A stretch of DNA of 64,000 nucleotides. Source: an uncultured bacterium. Lineage in GTDB: Bacteria; Eisenbacteria; RBG-16-71-46; CAZHEV01. The notes under the pieces are model-generated. The model saw nothing but the letters and a program-made list of their open reading frames with translations. It was not told where the DNA came from and searched no databases. Every line of letters begins with the position of its first letter. Within the stretch, counting starts at the first letter, position 1. Of the stretch, positions 8,507 to 17,567 are shown piece after piece. The position numbers were made by a program, and so were the translations under genes. The stretch spans positions 22,732 to 86,731 of the forward strand of contig CAZHEV010000013.1 in the NCBI GenBank assembly GCA_964531335.1, written 5' to 3'.

Positions 8507-9421
8507 TTATCCCCGGTCCCTTGTCTTCTTCAGCTTGTCCTTGGCCTTGGAGAGCGAGCGGGCCCGCCTCTGGATCCCGGCCCAAGGGTCCTCTCTTTGC
8601 GAGAGGCGCCGAAACAGGCTCTTGATATCGTACTTGGCCGAGCTCAGGCCCTTTCCGCCCAGCTCGTCCCAGTCCAGGGGCGTCGCCACCGGCGCGCCCA
8701 CCTTGGCCCGGACCGAGTAAGGCGCGACGCCGCTTTGCGCGTAGGCGTTTCTGTTTACGTCTATGAAGACGCGACCGCCCCTTTTGTTCTTCCTCTGCTC
8801 GGTGGTGCGGTTGTCCGGGTCGAGCTCGACGGCCAGTTCGGCGATGTGGTCCGCGAGCTTGCGCGTCGTGTCGAAAGTCGGACCTCTCCTTATGGGCACG
8901 ACCACGTGCAGTCCGGTAGATCCTGTGGTCATGACGTGCGGCACCAGCCCCGCCTCTTCTACTATCTCCCTCAGGGCCCGCGCGGTCTCGCACGCCGCCT
9001 TGAACCTGTCCCCCGGCGGATCTATGTCGAATATCATCCTGTCGGGGCGGCGGGGCCTATCGTGCTTGCATAGCATCGCGTGAAACGTGATACAGGCCTG
9101 GTCGGCCAGATAGACCAGGTCGGCCGTCTTCTCGCAGACGACGTGCCTTACCGTTCCGCCTTCTTTCTTCAGCGTGACGCCCTTTAGCCACTTGGGGAAG
9201 TAGTCAGATCGCTTCCTCTGGTAGAACTCCTTGCCCCCGAGCCCATCCGGCAGTCTCTGCATCGTGACGGGACGGCCCTTTACGTGATCGAGCATGACGT
9301 CCGCTATCCGGCGGTAGTAGTCGATGAGATCGTCCTTTGTAACGCCTGAGTCCTTGAACAGGACCTTGTCCTCGTTCGATGTCTCGACTGTGATCTTCCC
9401 GAAGGTGTGTTTGCCGGCCAC
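8507..9421 (-). CDS. LigD polymerase (primase-polymerase) domain protein, stand-alone
   Basis: GTG start at 9421 with RBS GAAGGAGG 10 nt upstream; motifs IFDIDP (DxD) and TTGSTGLHVVVPI typical of NHEJ PolDom. Confidence 0.8.
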   Translation of the reverse strand: MAGKHTFGKITVETSNEDKVLFKDSGVTKDDLIDYYRRIADVMLDHVKGRPVTMQRLPDGLGGKEFYQRKRSDYFPKWLKGVTLKKEGGTVRHVVCEKTADLVYLADQACITFHAMLCKHDRPRRPDRMIFDIDPPGDRFKAACETARALREIVEEAGLVPHVMTTGSTGLHVVVPIRRGPTFDTTRKLADHIAELAVELDPDNRTTEQRKNKRGGRVFIDVNRNAYAQSGVAPYSVRAKVGAPVATPLDWDELGGKGLSSAKYDIKSLFRRLSQREDPWAGIQRRARSLSKAKDKLKKTRDRG

Positions 9422-9426
9422 AGTGT

Positions 9427-9840
9427 CTAAGCCTCCTTCACGACTTTCTTGGGGCTCTTGTCCGATCTCAAGCCGAGAAAGCTGGGATGGCGGAGCCTCT
9501 CATCGCCCGTCCACCCGGTGAAGCTGACCTCGGCCACGAGCTTGGGGCTGACCCAGTGCGCGTCGGTGTCCTTGTCGATGCCCTTGTCGAAGGGGCAGGT
9601 CTCGCGCTCGATGGAGCGGAGCCCCTTGACGCCGCTCCGCCTTGCCTCCTTCGTCTGCATCCTGGGCTGTAGCCTCTTGAAGCTCGTGCGCGATCCCTTG
9701 AAGGCCATCACCTCGCCGCCGGCATCTCGGTGGCGTTGTATCGCCGGCGTCTTCGCCGGTCGCGTCGAGGCCCTCGACCCATCGCCGGGCTTCGGGCCCA
9801 TCAGCGGGCAGCCAGGGCCTCGTCGCGGCCCATGAGCCAC
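9427..9840 (-). pseudogene. Remnant of an ATP-dependent DNA ligase (LigD ligase, C-terminal OB-fold only)
   Basis: Only the last part matches ligase (...RETCPFDKGIDKDTDAHWVSPKLVAEVSFTGWTGDERLRHPSFLGLRSDKSPKKV); no adenylation-domain motifs in any frame between 9427 and 9907, and 486 nt is too short for a ligase domain. Frame differs from the PE gene. Confidence 0.5.
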
Positions 9841-9907
9841 CGGCGACCCTCCAGCCCATCGCGGGGAGCCAGTGCCTCCTCGCGGCGGTAACCGGGCTCA
9901 GCGCCGG

Positions 9908-10552
9908 TCAGTTCTTTCCCTCAGCCTCCTCCGCTATCTCCTCTATCGTCTTTCCGCTCAGAACGGACTCAGGCTCCGTGCTCACCGGGTTCCTGCGCGC
10001 GTCCGCGTCGTCGTCCTTCATCTTGATCAGCAGCCAGTTGTTCTCGCCGCCGCCCATCTTCGTCTTGACCAGCGCGTATCCGCCGCGGAGCTTCTTTCCT
10101 TCGAGACGCATTTCTATGCGGCCGTCCTCGAAGCATTTGTCCATGGGGATCTCATCTCCGTCGTCGTCTTCCTTTATGTTCTTGTATCTGCCCGTGTCCC
10201 AGACGAGCACGGTCCCCGCGCCGTAGTTGTCCTCGGGTATCACCCCCTCGAAGTCCGAGTACTCGAGAGGATGATCCTCGGTCAGCACGGCAAGACGCTT
10301 CTCGCGGGGGTCCGTGGACGGCCCCTTGGGCACCGCCCAGGATTTCAAGACGCCCTCTATCTCCAAGCGGAAGTCGTAGTGGAGCCTGCTCGCGTCGTGC
10401 TTCTGGATCACGAAGATGGGCTTACGTCCGGAGCTGCCCTTGGCCGGCTTAGGCCCCCTCTTGCCCGTTGTCCGCCTCTTTTCCTTTCCCGAGGGCTCCG
10501 GGGTCGACTTGAAATCGCGCTTTTTTTGGTACTCCTTGAGTTCCTTGGGCAT
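9908..10552 (-). CDS. LigD 3-prime phosphoesterase (PE) domain protein, stand-alone
   Basis: Internal ATG 10552 (MPKELKEY...); motif FVIQKHDASRLHYDFRLEIEGVLKSWAVPKGPS is the hallmark PE signature. Confidence 0.8.
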   Translation of the reverse strand: MPKELKEYQKKRDFKSTPEPSGKEKRRTTGKRGPKPAKGSSGRKPIFVIQKHDASRLHYDFRLEIEGVLKSWAVPKGPSTDPREKRLAVLTEDHPLEYSDFEGVIPEDNYGAGTVLVWDTGRYKNIKEDDDGDEIPMDKCFEDGRIEMRLEGKKLRGGYALVKTKMGGGENNWLLIKMKDDDADARRNPVSTEPESVLSGKTIEEIAEEAEGKN

Positions 10553-10621
10553 CTTTCGGGCTCCCTTGGCGTGAACGGGTGCTTGCGGCCTACTGATCAA
10601 TGGCCTGCGGCCCGCCCGGGG

Positions 10622-11350
10622 TCAACCCAGATAGTCCAACAGCTTCCGGGCGTCATCGACGGCGTAGGCGTTTTGATCGTTGTCGAAGTAACAGTAGACG
10701 TCCAGCCCCTCTCCGTTCCAGTCCGATATCCTGCGGGCCCACGCGCGCAGCGTGTTGCCGTGATAGCTGCCCTCGTACGCCCCCTCCGGGCCGTGCAGGC
10801 GGACGTACACGAAGTCGGCCGTGACCTCGTGCGGAGTCTCGCGCCTGTTCAGCTCGTAGATGCAAAAGGCCGCGTGGTGATCGGATAGGATCTCGTAAAT
10901 CTGATCGTCCCACCAGCTCTCATCTCGAAACTCGAAGGTGTACCTCGTTCCAGAGGGCAGTGATTTCAAGAAGGCGACGAGCCTCTCGGGGTCCGCTTTC
11001 CAGCGGGGGGGAAGCTGGAAAAGGACGGGGCCCATCTTGCCCTTCAGCCCGGCGGCCTGCGAGAAGAAACGCTCGACCGGCTCCTTTGGGTCCTTGAGCT
11101 TTTTCATGTGGGTGATGTACCGGCCGGCCTTGACGGCGAAGAGGAAGTCCTTCGGCGTGCGCTTTCTCCAGTCCTCGAAGGTCTTCTTCCCCGGCAGATT
11201 GTAGAAGGAGTTGTTTATCTCGGCGGTCTTGAAGTGTCCCCGGTAGTGCTCCAGCCACTTCTTCTGAGGCAGGTCCTCCGGGTAGAAAGGGCCCTGCCAG
11301 TGCTTGTATATCCATCCGGAGGTTCCGATATGGTACTTGCCCTTTGCCAT
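10622..11350 (-). CDS. DUF72 (YecE-like) family protein
   Basis: 242 aa; MAKGKYHIGTSGWIYKHWQGPFYPEDLP...WLEHY...FKTAEINNSFY; RBS GGGAG. Confidence 0.85.
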   Translation of the reverse strand: MAKGKYHIGTSGWIYKHWQGPFYPEDLPQKKWLEHYRGHFKTAEINNSFYNLPGKKTFEDWRKRTPKDFLFAVKAGRYITHMKKLKDPKEPVERFFSQAAGLKGKMGPVLFQLPPRWKADPERLVAFLKSLPSGTRYTFEFRDESWWDDQIYEILSDHHAAFCIYELNRRETPHEVTADFVYVRLHGPEGAYEGSYHGNTLRAWARRISDWNGEGLDVYCYFDNDQNAYAVDDARKLLDYLG

Positions 11351-11474
11351 GATGATCTCCCGGATGTGCGACTCTTCCGGCTGGCTTCCATCCCGGGCAC
11401 AGGCGGCCGCGGGCGTGTAAACGCGGTCGCGGAGCTCGCGCCGGCCCCGTTTTCTGTGACCGGCGTCCGGGAGC

Positions 11475-13004
11475 CTATGAACCCCTCTTGCCGGCCCGGG
11501 TCGTCTTAGCCGCGGTGCCGGAGGATCGCTTTCTGGAAGCAGTGCGCCGCTTTATGTAGAAGTAATAGCTGAGGAATTTCTCCAGAAAGTCGTCGGCCGC
11601 GCCGCTCTTGTCGTTGTACGCCACCGTCTCCTTGCCGATCATGAGCGCCGCGTAGGCCAGCTTGTCCCTGGGCCCGCCTTGCATGTTGTCCCGATAGTCG
11701 CGGTTCAGGGTGTTAACCTGAACGACGCCGTCCGAGAACCTGCTGTGACGCCTGCCGCCTTCTTCAAAGGCCGCCTCCATATAGTTCATTCTCGGGCCTC
11801 TTGGAGTGGGACGATCTCCAGGCTCCTTTGGGGGACTCTCGGGCATCCTGAGCTGGCCCTTCTTTTCCAGCTTGCGTTGCTTAATTGTCTTCTCCGATTT
11901 CTTTCGCCTACGCTTGGCCAATCCGCCCGGCAGCTCCAGGTCGGTGAACTCATCAAGGTCGAGAATCTCCCTGGCGAGCTTGAGCGCGCGCTTCTGGACG
12001 GAGGAGAGCTCTTTCTCCTGCTCTTCCTTCAACCTCATCTCGACCTCGGCCTCGATCTGCGGAGCGTGCCTGTCGAGGAGGCTAAGGAAGGAGATCCAGT
12101 CGTCATTGTCCTCGAAACCGGTGCGAGCGGGCAGCGGTTGAAGGAAATCGGCGTCGATGAAGCCCTTCACGTAGCCTGAGGCGTAGATGCTCTCCTCGAG
12201 GCCGTACGCATCGGCCTGGGAGACGTCGTCAACGATCACCACGCCCGTGTGGCGTATGTTTACCTTCCCCTTTCCTGAGGGATCGAAATAGAGCTCGATG
12301 CCCAAGGACTTCTCCTGCTCGCCGGGTACCGGTATCCGCTCCAGCCCGCCTGCGATTCGAGGGAGGTCGATGACCGACGGCTCGACAACATAGCGATTGC
12401 CGCCCTTCAGAATCTCCACCTCCAGCCACCCCCTTCGGAGATGGCTGTCGAATCGCTCGGCGAAGACCCTGCGGAGCCTCGAAGGATCCAATGGACCCCT
12501 GGGCTTGGTGGGATCCAACTTGAGCTCGGAGATGACGATTCTCTGGCCCGGCGCGGACAGGGATTCCTTCTTCAGCGCGCTGCGGAACTCCGCCTCAGGA
12601 CTCCCCTCCCGCAGGATTACTTTTAGCGTTTCGTCCTCGCCGTCTTTTCTGGACAGAAACGTGCACTTTCGACCGATCTGCTGAAAGCTGAAGATTCCAA
12701 TGCCGAGCTGTCCGATCTGGGGCACCTTGGTGCGCCTCTTTGCGGAGTCGGCCACTCTGTGCAGGGCCGTCTCGAACTCCCCGCGAGCCATTCCATAGGG
12801 ATAATGGATCTGAACGGAGCGCTTGGTCAGGTGAAAGGAGACCCTACAGACGGGGAGGGCGTTGCCGCTCTCGGCGGCCTTGAGGTGCTCGTCGATGGCG
12901 TTGCTTATATGCTCCTTCACGGCGTCGGCGGGGTTGCGGTAGAGCGTCCCCAGCCACTGAAGGGCGTTTGCGACGTTGAGCCTTATCGGCACTCGCTTCG
13001 GCAT
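11475..13004 (-). CDS. GHKL (Hsp90/MutL/MORC-like) ATPase domain protein, function unknown
   Basis: 509 aa; Bergerat-fold boxes: N-box EHISNAIDEH, G2-box GQLGIGIFSF; charged, coiled-coil-like middle (KEEQEKELSSVQKRALKLAREI) and C-terminal region without recognisable motif. Confidence 0.65.
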   Translation of the reverse strand: MPKRVPIRLNVANALQWLGTLYRNPADAVKEHISNAIDEHLKAAESGNALPVCRVSFHLTKRSVQIHYPYGMARGEFETALHRVADSAKRRTKVPQIGQLGIGIFSFQQIGRKCTFLSRKDGEDETLKVILREGSPEAEFRSALKKESLSAPGQRIVISELKLDPTKPRGPLDPSRLRRVFAERFDSHLRRGWLEVEILKGGNRYVVEPSVIDLPRIAGGLERIPVPGEQEKSLGIELYFDPSGKGKVNIRHTGVVIVDDVSQADAYGLEESIYASGYVKGFIDADFLQPLPARTGFEDNDDWISFLSLLDRHAPQIEAEVEMRLKEEQEKELSSVQKRALKLAREILDLDEFTDLELPGGLAKRRRKKSEKTIKQRKLEKKGQLRMPESPPKEPGDRPTPRGPRMNYMEAAFEEGGRRHSRFSDGVVQVNTLNRDYRDNMQGGPRDKLAYAALMIGKETVAYNDKSGAADDFLEKFLSYYFYIKRRTASRKRSSGTAAKTTRAGKRGS

Positions 13005-13024
13005 TCAGGCGTTCCCGTTTCGTA

Positions 13025-13219
13025 CTACTCTGTGTACGCGCTTAGCCGGACCATGATTATCGCGTCCGACTCGCACCTCCAGCCGGCCACCTCGGGTCCG
13101 GCATATTCTCCGAACTCCTCGCTCCAGCTGAAGGCCGTGATATGCGAGCATGTGACCGTGCCTGTCACTTTGTTCTCCACGTAGAATTCATTGTATTTGC
13201 CATAGATAAGAATGCCCAC
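13025..13219 (-). CDS. Small hypothetical protein (64 aa) directly upstream of the GHKL ATPase
   Basis: ORF with coding-like third-position GC bias; stop 20 nt before the GHKL start; no recognisable motif. Confidence 0.3.
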   Translation of the reverse strand: MGILIYGKYNEFYVENKVTGTVTCSHITAFSWSEEFGEYAGPEVAGWRCESDAIIMVRLSAYTE

Positions 13220-13463
13220 AGCACTTAGACTCCATTGTTTCGCGTCCCAGGGTGTGGTTCTGACCGCGCTCGCATGGGGGCCTCCTCATGTTACCCGTCG
13301 GGGCGTGTGGTGTGCTGGATTGGTACCACAGAAAACCGGCGGAATCAAGGGGATGCGCGGTTTTTCGCCGGGCCTGCAACGACGTCTCAACCGGGAAACC
13401 GCAAGAAAAGAGCAGGGCTCCGAGTTAGCCTCGCGGACCCTGCTCCTAGATGTCTTGCTTGAC

Positions 13464-13482
13464 GGGCCGGTGGCTCCGGCCC
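13464..13482 (-). terminator. GC-rich hairpin GGGCCGG-tggct-CCGGCCC just after the TadG-like gene stop
   Basis: Direct reading; 7-bp perfect stem; no U-tract, so terminator function is uncertain. Confidence 0.25.
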
Positions 13483-13499
13483 GTTCTCAGTTGGCGTAT

Positions 13500-14732
13500 C
13501 TACTCCACGAGCCTGGTGAGGAAGACGAAGCCGCCCGAGAAGCCTCCGCCGGTGACGGCGTCCGGATCCACGATCTGTAACAGCCGGCCGTAGACCGTGG
13601 TGGTGTTTTTGCTCCTCATGTCGCTCACAAACCAATGTGAGATCTTGACTATGGTGACAACCTTGTCGGATGAGCCCTGCACGTCCCCCGGGTGGAAGAA
13701 GGCTATGGCGCCGATCCGCGGGCAATATATCGTCTCGTCGTGGCTGTGTCCCTCGATCTTGCCTGTGTCCTCGTTGTAGGAAGAGGTCGGGCATTCGTCG
13801 ATGATGGTTGATGTACCTTGCTTCGTAGGACCCTGCATGTTGCCGTACTCGAGCCGTACCCTGTCACCTATCTGGACCAGGTAGGGGGACTTGTTAATTA
13901 TGAAATTCCTGTAGGCCGCCGCGCCGCTCTGAGGCCTCTCGCCCGTGTAGTAGTCGAGCGGAGGCCACCTCGTCGGGTAGAAGAACCCCGCCGTGAGCGC
14001 ATCCTGCGGAGTTCCCTGCTTGAGCACAAGCTCGAGCCCAGCGTCGTTGAAAGGCGAGGGCGGCCCCGTGCCGTATCCCGTAAGGATCGGATCGTAGAAG
14101 TCGCCCACGTCGTATTTCTTGTTGTTGTTCAGGTCGGCGTAGGGCTCGCCGGGATCCCACTCGCCGTTCTTGTTGAGATCGTCGAAGGGCTCGGGCTCGT
14201 CCCACACGCCGTCGCCGTCGTTATCCTGGAAGCGGTCGGGGAGGATCCACGGGAAGAACCCTCTCGTGCCTCCCGCGCCCACAAGCTGCGCCGTGGCGTC
14301 GGCCGAGACGTCCGCGATGTTGTCCCCGAAAGGCTTGATCAGTCCTATGAAATAAGTGCGAAGCGGGTCCTGGGTCGCCTCGGTCCTGTGGGTTCTGACC
14401 GTGACTTCCACAGCGGACGGAAACGATACGTCGGCTTCCGTAATCTCGACCGCGCCGATAGTGTGCTCTTTGAACGCGTTGTTCAACGCGGCCACCTCGA
14501 TCGCCACGTTCGTCGCGTTATGTTCGCGCTGATTGGAAGTCGTCGCGCCACTGGGCAGTAGCTCGTGCACGGCGGCAAGACACGCCGCGTCGGCGGCGTT
14601 TTGTAGCTGGGTCTTGGTTGTCTGGATCGCAGACATGTCTATGGCAAGCACCGCGGCGCCCATTATGAGGGCCATGGAAACCGCAACCCAGATTACCGCG
14701 ATGCCCCGTTCATCCTTGGCGATCTTTTTCAT
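13500..14732 (-). CDS. TadG-like (Tad/Flp pilus-associated) protein with Asp-rich Ca-binding-like repeats
   Basis: Start ATG 14732 with RBS GGGGGA; N-terminal MKKIAKDERGIAVIWVAVSMALIMGAAVLAIDMS typical of TadE/G-like proteins; DNDGDGVWD / NKNGEWDPGE repeats. Confidence 0.7.
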   Translation of the reverse strand: MKKIAKDERGIAVIWVAVSMALIMGAAVLAIDMSAIQTTKTQLQNAADAACLAAVHELLPSGATTSNQREHNATNVAIEVAALNNAFKEHTIGAVEITEADVSFPSAVEVTVRTHRTEATQDPLRTYFIGLIKPFGDNIADVSADATAQLVGAGGTRGFFPWILPDRFQDNDGDGVWDEPEPFDDLNKNGEWDPGEPYADLNNNKKYDVGDFYDPILTGYGTGPPSPFNDAGLELVLKQGTPQDALTAGFFYPTRWPPLDYYTGERPQSGAAAYRNFIINKSPYLVQIGDRVRLEYGNMQGPTKQGTSTIIDECPTSSYNEDTGKIEGHSHDETIYCPRIGAIAFFHPGDVQGSSDKVVTIVKISHWFVSDMRSKNTTTVYGRLLQIVDPDAVTGGGFSGGFVFLTRLVE

Positions 14733-14847
14733 GACTTGTCCCCCGATCTTTCGATCTCGGGTGTTTCCGCCGTTTTCACGATCCAAGACCCGTCCTTGGA
14801 CAGTGAGCCTCGAAGGCGATCTATTCCTCAAACTCGCAGATCTATGC

Positions 14848-15279
14848 CTATGAAGGTGGACTTCCCGCCTCGTCCTTCATCACACATCTGGCCGACAAAG
14901 GTATGGTTCCGGGGATTATCCCCAGAATAGGCCCCGCAAAGAACTCGAAGTCGTAATTGACCACCACCTCCACCGTGGCCAGCGTGCTGGGAGTGGTCGA
15001 CCACGTCAACTCAATGTCGCCCGAATCGAGCACGATACCGGCCGTGGAAAGGACATCGTTTATCCTTTGATAGACGTCCGTGGTGCCGCTCTTGCCGGTC
15101 ACGGCCATAACCCGGGCGCCCTCCCGGGCCGCCGTGTGCAAAAGATTGCTGTGCCAGAAAATGCGTCCGAAGTCGACGATCCCGAAAAGGACGATGAGAA
15201 GGATTGGCAGCACGAACGCCAACTCGACGACGGTGCTTCCAGAGCGCGAGCGCCTCAATCCGGATACAAACCTCTTCAT
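14848..15279 (-). CDS. TadE-like pilus assembly protein
   Basis: Start ATG 15279 with RBS AGGAGGTG; N-terminus MKRFVSGLRRSRSGSTVVELAFVLPILLIVLFGIVDFGR is the TadE-like motif. Confidence 0.75.
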   Translation of the reverse strand: MKRFVSGLRRSRSGSTVVELAFVLPILLIVLFGIVDFGRIFWHSNLLHTAAREGARVMAVTGKSGTTDVYQRINDVLSTAGIVLDSGDIELTWSTTPSTLATVEVVVNYDFEFFAGPILGIIPGTIPLSARCVMKDEAGSPPS

Positions 15280-15870
15280 GTGAACGCACCTCCTGAAGGC
15301 ACTACCTAAGGTACTCTTCAACAGGTATTACCACGATGCTTAATTATACCACAGCACCCTGTAAACCGACAACTTCGGAGGTTGGGGGGGCCTGCGAGGC
15401 CCCCTGCCGCGCCGTCATCCGGCGGGCTGCATGACCCACTCCCCGACGATCCTATTAGATTGCCGCCTTTGGCGAAAGATGCCGTCCTTCCCACTTTTCC
15501 CCGAGGCGTACCGGGCCCCCGGGGCGCGACCCTGGTGGGGGGCTGTCCGTAAGGCCCTGTCTTCCATAACAATCGGCAGCCATGCCGCCCCTATTTGGGA
15601 AAAGAGTCTTCGGCTATCCGCCCGGGTGGAATCCAGGCTTACTGCGCCCGCCGGGCGGCCTCAAGCGGCAAAAATTAAGCCACCCTGCTCGTTCGCCTGC
15701 CGTGGCGGCCGGTGACGTTTCGGACCTTGGGCAACCCCGGGGCTCAGAAAGTTGCTGAGGCCCCCTCCCTTGCGGCCTCCGGGGACGGATGGTCCGAGCC
15801 CGCCCCGCTTGACACAGGCGCCGACAGAATGGACATCAACCGGCAGTTCTGGCCGGACAGCGGAGACAAG

Positions 15871-16428
15871 CTATCTGAACTTCGCTTTCAGTCTCCCCCA
15901 GGACGATCTCTCGACCGGCACCTCTCCCACGATGACTACGATTCCCCTGCGGGTCGTATGCGGTATCGCGTTGTTGGAGCCGTCCCTGAGCTCGCTTTCT
16001 TCTATCTCCACGTAGGTCTTGCCTTCCGTGATGGCCTTGAAGGTGACCGTGAACAAAACTCCCGGTGTCATCACCACACCTCCAAGTATGGCCCCGCTGA
16101 CCTCGACGGTGCCGGGGCCGAAGGAGGTGTCGGAGTAGAAGAATGTCTCCTCTTCGCACTCCGCTGGCAGCGACCCTTCCTCCACAGAGACAAGCTCCAG
16201 GGAGTCGACGTCGAATGAGAACAAGATATCGTATCCCATAAGCTCGGTGGTATCGTCCTCGACATAGAAATGCAGGCCGAACTCGGTCCCGATGTCGACG
16301 ACGACCGAATCGGCCCGGACCGAGAGCTCCTGAGCCCACGGTGCACTGTGCGGCATGATCAAGCCGGCGGCCAGAAACAGCAATACCAACAACGATCTTG
16401 ACCTATCGAGGAACACGGCGGTCTCCAT
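15871..16428 (-). CDS. Secreted protein, cohesin-like fold suspected
   Basis: 185 aa with signal-peptide-like N-terminus; beta-rich composition; domain call is from memory only. Confidence 0.45.
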   Translation of the reverse strand: METAVFLDRSRSLLVLLFLAAGLIMPHSAPWAQELSVRADSVVVDIGTEFGLHFYVEDDTTELMGYDILFSFDVDSLELVSVEEGSLPAECEEETFFYSDTSFGPGTVEVSGAILGGVVMTPGVLFTVTFKAITEGKTYVEIEESELRDGSNNAIPHTTRRGIVVIVGEVPVERSSWGRLKAKFR

Positions 16429-16434
16429 TCTTGC

Positions 16435-17286
16435 TTACCTTGTCAGTATCAGCTTTCCTTTGAATTCCATCTCCTGTGTCCTCAGGACGGCCACATAGAC
16501 TCCGGCTGACACATTAACGCCGGCGTCGTTCTTCCCGTTCCATGAGAACGTGTTCGTGCCGCTTCCGAGCGGCCCGCGGTAGAGTCTTCTGACCACCCCT
16601 CCGGCGACGGAGCATATGAGGAGCTGTATCGTGTCGCCGGACCTGAGGCCGGCGCCGGTCGGCGGGGTGAAGGTGAGAGTGGCGACGGAATTGAACGGGT
16701 TGGGACGGCACCTGAAAGAGCTGGACGCGGGAATGCCCTCTCCGATTCCCGCCGCGGAGTTGACCCAGATCACAGCCGGGGCCGCCAGATCGACGGAGAG
16801 CTCGTTTCGATCTATGTCGTATACTTCCGCCTCGGCTATGGCTACCGGGCTCGAGCCGTTCTGCACGCCTTCAAAGACGAGAATGTAAAGCTCGCCCGGA
16901 GCCAGGATGAAGCTCCTGTGCCCAAGGACACAGTCCTCCACCCTCAAGCTGTCCGGCGCGATCAGCTCCCAGTTGAAAAAGGTCGAATAGGGGGCGTTCG
17001 CGTAAAGCTCTCCTTCTTCGACGGTAGTGCAGCTCACCACGCTTGGATCGAAGTACAACGTGCAGAACACGCAGCTCAGCGAGTCGACCGCGTCGTCAAC
17101 CACAACGCTCAGGGTGCAGCTTTGGCCCGGAGCGATGCAGGAGCTGGAAGGTTCCAGGGACAGCGTGGGAGAGGCGTCCGAGGCGTGACACCTGCTGGCG
17201 CCTAACACCGCCGTGAAAAGCCAAAGCACAAGGATCACGATCGGTATCCGTGCGAAATCCCCTCTATTTTCCGTCGCGTTTGCCAT
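16435..17286 (-). CDS. Secreted protein with C-terminal FlgD-Ig-like / T9SS-type sorting domain
   Basis: 283 aa; signal peptide; C-terminus CRPNPFNSVATLTF...GVYVAVLRTQEMEFKGKLILTR resembles the Por-secretion tail / FlgD-Ig family. Confidence 0.6.
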   Translation of the reverse strand: MANATENRGDFARIPIVILVLWLFTAVLGASRCHASDASPTLSLEPSSSCIAPGQSCTLSVVVDDAVDSLSCVFCTLYFDPSVVSCTTVEEGELYANAPYSTFFNWELIAPDSLRVEDCVLGHRSFILAPGELYILVFEGVQNGSSPVAIAEAEVYDIDRNELSVDLAAPAVIWVNSAAGIGEGIPASSSFRCRPNPFNSVATLTFTPPTGAGLRSGDTIQLLICSVAGGVVRRLYRGPLGSGTNTFSWNGKNDAGVNVSAGVYVAVLRTQEMEFKGKLILTR

Positions 17287-17567
17287 TGGGCTAACTCCCG
17301 GTACGGTGGCCTATGTTGGGCCCGCCGCCGCTTCATTGACTCCCCGTTGAGCTGACCGCAGACGCGGCGGCTTGCATGGCGCCCGCTACCGCCGCGTCGG
17401 TCCCAACGCGGCGGCCCAGCTGGGCTGGGCGTCAACGCCGTGGAGCCTGCTGCGTCGGCTCCATGGTGGTGGTCCTCACTGTAGCGATCCCACCGCGCCC
17501 GCGCCTCTTCGGCACAGGGCGAGGCGGAGGGCGGCGTGGCCGCCCTCCGCGCTCTCGACGCCTCCCG

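Noticed and set aside
9500-9859. Alternative minus-strand frame in the ligase remnant region
   Set aside because: No ligase adenylation motifs or other recognisable sequence.
15322-15870. Structured ncRNA in the 550-bp gap upstream of the TadE-like gene
   Set aside because: Only an isolated GC hairpin (15384-15404) was seen; no match to RNase P, SRP, tmRNA or 6S hallmarks that I could recognise.
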